This document shows positions 20,329 to 24,000 of a stretch of DNA of 24,000 bases, piece after piece. This stretch comes from Rhodospirillales bacterium (GTDB lineage Bacteria; Pseudomonadota; Alphaproteobacteria; Rhodospirillales; WMHbin7). The position numbers and the translations under genes were made by a program. Position 1 is the first letter of the stretch, and each line of letters starts with the position of its first letter. Location: contig JACRJC010000066.1 of assembly GCA_016215555.1 (NCBI GenBank), positions 870-24,869 on the forward strand. Direction: 5' to 3'. Under the pieces are notes generated by a model that did not search any database, was not told where the DNA came from, and was given only the letters and a program-made list of their open reading frames with translations.

Positions 20329-21111
20329 TTACCTAACCCCCAAAATCCAACCCTCGACACCTGCTACGGCGCGTTCGGGCGGGGTAAGGGCTGGATTGAA
20401 AAAATCAGCCAGTGTGCCGTTGCGGTCGGCTTGCGATAACCATGCGGCGACCGAATAGGCGTCGTGCTGGTCGGGGGTGCGGTCCTGACGGGGAAATTGG
20501 CCGCTCCAAAGCCGTGGATAAACCTCGGCGATGACAGAGCGCCCGGCAGGCACGCTCCAGCCATCGAACGGCCAGAAGTGAACGCGCGGGTCAAGTTTGT
20601 TGCGGATATAGCGCAACCAGGGAATGCCGGAATGGGTGGATTTGGCGACCGAGCCCTGCACATCGAAATGGAAGACGGATTTGGCTGTGCCCGAGCGTTC
20701 TTCGGTTAGGCGCTTCCAGCGCGAATGACCGGTGCGTACGGCACCATTACCGCAAAGGCCGTGGCGGACGAAATCAACATAGGTATGATCGTCGTCGGTG
20801 GGCCAATGGCGCTGGAAGTCATCAAGGAAGCTGGGCCAGTTGGGCTGAAGCCTATGAACCTCGAAATAGCGCAACGGGAACGAGAAAGCGTGGTCGATGC
20901 CGACCAATGTCGGCACCTCCTCGGCCAACCGCTCGACAAGCCATTCGGCAAGCCCCTTACGCGTCCAATATTTCCGGGGTGACGGCGGCGGCGGAATCTC
21001 GATTGGCTTGGCATTACCCTCCGTCATATAAACGCGCAACCCCTTCAAACTTGAGGTGGGCGTCTCGGCACCGGAATAATCGATGCCAACGTATCGTAAG
21101 AAATTACGCAT
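20329..21111 (-). CDS. hypothetical protein, possible DUF429-like RNase H-fold nuclease
   Basis: 260 aa. Four spaced motifs fit my recollection of the DUF429 pattern (GxDG..., xIDxPxGxP, EVyPe, DxxDAxxxA): VGIDYSGA (N-terminus), LVGIDHAFSFP, AEVYPRLW and QHDAYSVAAWL. The assignment is by eye only. Confidence 0.55.
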   Translation of the reverse strand: MRNFLRYVGIDYSGAETPTSSLKGLRVYMTEGNAKPIEIPPPPSPRKYWTRKGLAEWLVERLAEEVPTLVGIDHAFSFPLRYFEVHRLQPNWPSFLDDFQRHWPTDDDHTYVDFVRHGLCGNGAVRTGHSRWKRLTEERSGTAKSVFHFDVQGSVAKSTHSGIPWLRYIRNKLDPRVHFWPFDGWSVPAGRSVIAEVYPRLWSGQFPRQDRTPDQHDAYSVAAWLSQADRNGTLADFFNPALTPPERAVAGVEGWILGVR

Positions 21112-21168
21112 CTCATACCACCGTGGTGAAACGCTCGATGTCTATCGCAAGCCTGTCGCAATCAACAA

Positions 21169-22905
21169 TCATAGAGAAGCGTGATCGATTTCTGGATTAA
21201 CCGTTGTGGCCAGAATTTCCCACATACGTTTGAACCGTCGATCTCGGAAGTCAGTGTAACTGGCCAGATCAAAAATGAGCTTTGCGGGCTCTTTTGCAAA
21301 GTCTTCAAGGAGGAGGTGCTTTGAAAGATCCACTCCAGCCGTCTTAAGACGAGTAAAATAACTAGCAGGTAATTCCGCCCTCTTACGGATATTGTCTGTA
21401 GCACCAATGAATCTAAAATTGCCAAGGTGATTGATGTCTGCGCTATAGAGGCCAAGCTTCGAGCGCAACATACTTTGCGGATAAATGTGATCGACGTGTG
21501 GATCATTGCCCTTGAATTTCACGTCAAAAGGAGAGGAGCCCATTTGATCAACATAAATTAAATTCAATAGAATGAAGCGCAGCCGTGTTTCATTGAGGTG
21601 ATGTCTTTTCAAATCTACATCGTTTCCACGCTTGACAAAATACTCCTTGATTTCTCCAAGTGGGAAGCCCGCAGATGAAGACTTCCCAACAATCGAATGA
21701 AGTGCATTGATAACAGTGTCAGTGCTCTGCGAGTACCAGCCAAATAGCTGTGCTTTGTAATGGTAAGCTCGCATCTGGGCACGGCTAGCCTCGTTAGGCT
21801 TAGGGTTTTTGTAAAGAAAATCAAATAAGGGAATGAAGCTATTGTAACTGCGGATAACCTTGTCCGCATAGACCTTAAGATCATTCTTCATGAAGTCGCG
21901 CAGTTCTTGAAAAGCAATTTCAGCGCGCCCCCACCCTGCATTCATCTCATCAAGCAGCAACTCGCCATCTGTTCCTGTGAATTTCTCTGGCGAAGCTTCA
22001 GCGCCACGATTATGGGCAACAAGAAGGCACTTTAGCGGGAACGTCTTATCGAATTTTAGATTTGTGCCATTTAGAAGCTCGGTGGTTTCTTCGATAACCA
22101 CCTCGATCTCTGACCACCCTTCTTTCATTGCCGCGAACATTAGGTCAGATGCGTCAAGTTTTGTGCCACCTGAATTTACACGCACAAAAATATCTAAAAC
22201 TCGTCGATACGGAAACTCGTTTGCCACACCATCCAGCTCTTGTATCCAGAAATGCTTTTCTTCCCGGAGGAGTGAAATCAACTGACTAATGTTGCGCCTG
22301 ACTCGCTTCTCGCGGGCTCTTGTGACCTGAGGCGTTTCCTGCAGTTCTGCTGGCTTCGCAAAATTTAGTTCGTCGAGTGCCTCATTTATACGATCGGCCA
22401 CTTCTTCGCTATTCGATTGAGCATCCTTTCCAATAGCATCGGCCACGCGGTACCAGGGGAGTATTAAGGGTTCCGTTGAGAATTGCACTTTATACAACAA
22501 CCCTTGCTCATCAGGGGAAATCCCACTGGTGATATCAAAGTAAGCTTCAGATCGTTTATTGTCAGGTGAGGTAATCGCACCAAAAAAAATTGCGTAAAGA
22601 GTTTGCAAGCGTTGTTGGCCATCCAGAACAAAAACCTTCTCGATACCTTCTTTGCTAATGTTCATTTCATAGAAATCGCTCAGGTCTGCATCCCAGGCAA
22701 TCTGCTCCATAAATTTCCGAGCTTTAATCTCGTCCTTCGTGCGCCAAAAAAGGAGTGTTTGAATCGGATAATTTCGCATTAGGCTATCAAACAGACGAAG
22801 CATCTGCTCCTCTTCCCAAACGAAAGGCCGCTGAATATGCGGTAAGAACAGACTGCGGTTGAACTCGTCAATAAGACGAAAGAGAGAGCGAGGCTTATAA
22901 CTCAT
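21169..22905 (-). CDS. GmrSD-family protein (N-terminal DUF262 ParB-like NTPase domain, C-terminal DUF1524 His-Me/HNH-like nuclease); putative type IV modification-dependent restriction enzyme
   Basis: 578 aa. N-terminus LPHIQRPFVWEEEQMLRLFDSLMRNYPIQTLLFW and VLDGQQRLQTL (DGQQR motif) are DUF262. C-terminus HVDHIYPQS...HLGNFRFIGATDNIRK is the DUF1524 H...N...N motif. Markedly AT-rich: 21/60 and 27/60 GC on the two lines I counted. Confidence 0.85.
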   Translation of the reverse strand: MSYKPRSLFRLIDEFNRSLFLPHIQRPFVWEEEQMLRLFDSLMRNYPIQTLLFWRTKDEIKARKFMEQIAWDADLSDFYEMNISKEGIEKVFVLDGQQRLQTLYAIFFGAITSPDNKRSEAYFDITSGISPDEQGLLYKVQFSTEPLILPWYRVADAIGKDAQSNSEEVADRINEALDELNFAKPAELQETPQVTRAREKRVRRNISQLISLLREEKHFWIQELDGVANEFPYRRVLDIFVRVNSGGTKLDASDLMFAAMKEGWSEIEVVIEETTELLNGTNLKFDKTFPLKCLLVAHNRGAEASPEKFTGTDGELLLDEMNAGWGRAEIAFQELRDFMKNDLKVYADKVIRSYNSFIPLFDFLYKNPKPNEASRAQMRAYHYKAQLFGWYSQSTDTVINALHSIVGKSSSAGFPLGEIKEYFVKRGNDVDLKRHHLNETRLRFILLNLIYVDQMGSSPFDVKFKGNDPHVDHIYPQSMLRSKLGLYSADINHLGNFRFIGATDNIRKRAELPASYFTRLKTAGVDLSKHLLLEDFAKEPAKLIFDLASYTDFRDRRFKRMWEILATTVNPEIDHASL

Positions 22906-23141
22906 GCAGCACTCCTTTGAATATGAAACGCCAGCGAGTGGTGAAGGATGGATTCAAGCAGGCTGCGGCGGGTATCATCGCTGGCAGTCAGGCTTGTCTC
23001 CAGCCGGTCGCACAGGCCCATCAACTCATCAACCTTGGCGAAGATGCGGTTTTGCGACATCTCGTCCCACCCCGCCTGGCGCAGGGCAGGCGTGATGAAC
23101 TTGGTGCAGATATCGCGCTCGCTTAGCTTCTTCTTGTCCAT
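22902..23141 (-). pseudogene. in-frame relic fusing a type I restriction HsdR N-terminus to an HsdS C-terminus
   Basis: 79 codons. MDKKKLSERDICTKFITPALRQAGWDEMSQ matches the conserved HsdR N-terminal (HSDR_N) start. NRIFAKVDELMGLCDRLETSLTASDDTRRSLLESILHHSL matches the conserved C-terminal coiled-coil helix of HsdS subunits. The junction is near 23045-23055. The stop overlaps the GmrSD-like ATG (ATGA). Confidence 0.7.
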
Positions 23142-23269
23142 GACCCCAACAGGAAGAAAAGTCCCCTAGGCCCCATTTTTCGCATACCGAGAGAAGATAA
23201 TAAACCGACAAATTGCAAAGGTTGCACTGGCGAATATGCCCCGTATGTCCAAGCTGGAGAAGTTTATGG

Positions 23270-23584
23270 CTAGAACGCCCGCCCCTTTGATCTGCGACCC
23301 AAGGCTGGGCTTTGCCCTATCTCGTTTGCATCAAAAGCCAGGTCAGTTTCTGGCGCTGATATCTGCTCAAGCAACCGCAGAATGGCGCTTGCCGCCCCAC
23401 CCCTCGGGCAGTTCTGCGCGTAGAACCATTTCTTGACGGCGGGCGGACCTGCATTCAGATGCTCTGCCAGCTTGCGTATCCGTTCGGCATCCCGAGCCTC
23501 TGGCGCAAGCTTTGCTGCGGCAGCCCGCACCACTTCGGAAAACGCTTCAATCTCATGCCTTCGGGCATCGCTCACGGGCTTCAT
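23270..23584 (-). CDS. putative small DNA-binding regulator (weak HTH-like segment)
   Basis: 104 aa. IRKLAEHLNAGPPAVKKWFYAQNCPRG resembles a Cro/CI-type helix-turn-helix. Two palindromic operators lie immediately upstream, in a divergent arrangement. The competing plus-strand ORF 23236-23436 looks less protein-like. Confidence 0.4.
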   Translation of the reverse strand: MKPVSDARRHEIEAFSEVVRAAAAKLAPEARDAERIRKLAEHLNAGPPAVKKWFYAQNCPRGGAASAILRLLEQISAPETDLAFDANEIGQSPALGRRSKGRAF

Positions 23585-23593
23585 GTTCCCAGG

Positions 23594-23661
23594 ATAGGAT
23601 AAACTCTATCCGGACGGCAATCGGAGAGAATTGGCTTGTTATAGGATAAACTTTATCCTAT
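23594..23661. promoter_or_regulatory. two near-identical palindromic operator sites in a divergent intergenic region
   Basis: Site 1, ATAGGATAAACTCTATCC (23594-23611), has core GGATA-n5-TATCC. Site 2, ATAGGATAAACTTTATCCTAT (23641-23661), is a perfect 9-bp inverted repeat with a 3-nt spacer. The sites match at 17 of 18 positions and their starts are 47 bp apart. Confidence 0.65.
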
Positions 23662-23675
23662 TATTGGCGTAAAGC

Positions 23676-23876
23676 ATGAGGGCAAACATGTTCATCGTCA
23701 TCACAAACCCATTTGAAGACCTCCTCGTCATTCAGCCCATGCGCCTGGCCACCTGCGACTTGGTGGAGCGTGCCGACATCGTCGATCTGTGCGCCACACG
23801 CGAACGCATGTTCGCCCGCGAAACGCTTACCAAAGCTGCTTGGGAAAGCTGGGAGAGCGGCTATGCGCATGACTGA
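23676..23876 (+). CDS. hypothetical small protein (66 aa)
   Basis: The ORF runs divergently from the regulator-like gene and overlaps the next ORF by 8 nt. I recognise no motif, and the start could instead be Met5 (23688). Confidence 0.35.
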   Translation: MRANMFIVITNPFEDLLVIQPMRLATCDLVERADIVDLCATRERMFARETLTKAAWESWESGYAHD

Positions 23877-24000
23877 CAACGACCTTCGTGACAGGCTGAA
23901 CGAGATCAGAAAGCGCCGCGAGCTTTCATGGCCGACAAAAATCGCAGTCGGCTACGGCACCCACGTTGCCATGTCTCGTCCCGTGGCGCTGGTAGAACTT
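23869..24000 (+). CDS. hypothetical protein, 3' end outside the window
   Basis: The ATG at 23869 opens a frame (MTDNDLRDRLNEIRKRRELSWPTKIAVGYG...) with no stop before the window ends. It is translationally coupled to the preceding small ORF. Confidence 0.3.
   Translation, partial: MTDNDLRDRLNEIRKRRELSWPTKIAVGYGTHVAMSRPVALVEL

Larger units (their letters stand above)
19999..24000. mobile_element. left end of a putative tRNA-Arg-associated genomic island; right end beyond the window
   Basis: A tRNA 3' fragment sits directly after the core gene tsaD. From there the content switches to accessory and defence genes (GmrSD-like, hsd relic, phage-like regulator), gene density is lower, and composition is mosaic or lower in GC. 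No integrase lies within the window. Confidence 0.55.

Noticed and set aside
19981-20439. ORFs 19981-20319(-), 20085-20360(-) and 20056-20439(+).
   Set aside because: They overlap one another in different frames and run across the tRNA fragment and the tandem repeat. They show no motifs or ribosome-binding sites, and they partly overlap the 3' end of the 260-aa gene.
23236-23436. A plus-strand 66-aa ORF overlapping the putative regulator gene.
   Set aside because: It is antisense to the longer minus-strand ORF, which carries an HTH-like segment and sits next to the operators. Its composition is less protein-like. Neither ORF is certain.

Overview
The window looks like a GC-rich chromosome, roughly 65-70% GC on the few 60-nt lines I counted by hand. 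Gene content and synteny suggest an alphaproteobacterium, possibly Rhodospirillales-like, but I cannot verify taxonomy without a search.

Bases 1 to about 19.9 kb are tightly packed housekeeping operons, many with ATGA or TAATG start/stop overlaps:
- two hemerythrin-like genes and epmA
- an orphan 374-aa gene
- thiE
- a HlyD-adaptor / FtsX-permease / ATPase export system
- a mazEF-like toxin-antitoxin pair with a clear promoter and operator
- zauP-like, zapA, a candidate 6S RNA, 5-formyl-THF cyclo-ligase and a YmdB-like phosphoesterase
- a rhomboid protease, a 247-aa hypothetical and an OmpA-family protein
- a long minus-strand cluster: hemC, hemD fused in frame to a HemX/Mic60-like region, hemY, a polysaccharide deacetylase, a GT4 glycosyltransferase and cyaY
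- tsaD, transcribed divergently from hemC

At about 20.0 kb an orphan 3' half of a tRNA-Arg(CCG) marks the edge of what appears to be a tRNA-integrated genomic island running off the right end of the window. The island is compositionally mosaic. It carries:
- a DUF429-like RNase H-fold protein
- an AT-rich GmrSD-family (DUF262/DUF1524) putative type IV restriction gene
- a 79-codon in-frame relic joining an HsdR N-terminus to an HsdS C-terminus, i.e. a collapsed type I R-M locus
- a small phage-like divergent control region with two near-identical palindromic operators

The island's defence-gene cluster and the hemD-Mic60-like fusion are the most interesting items. I saw no CRISPR array, rRNA or intact tRNA.
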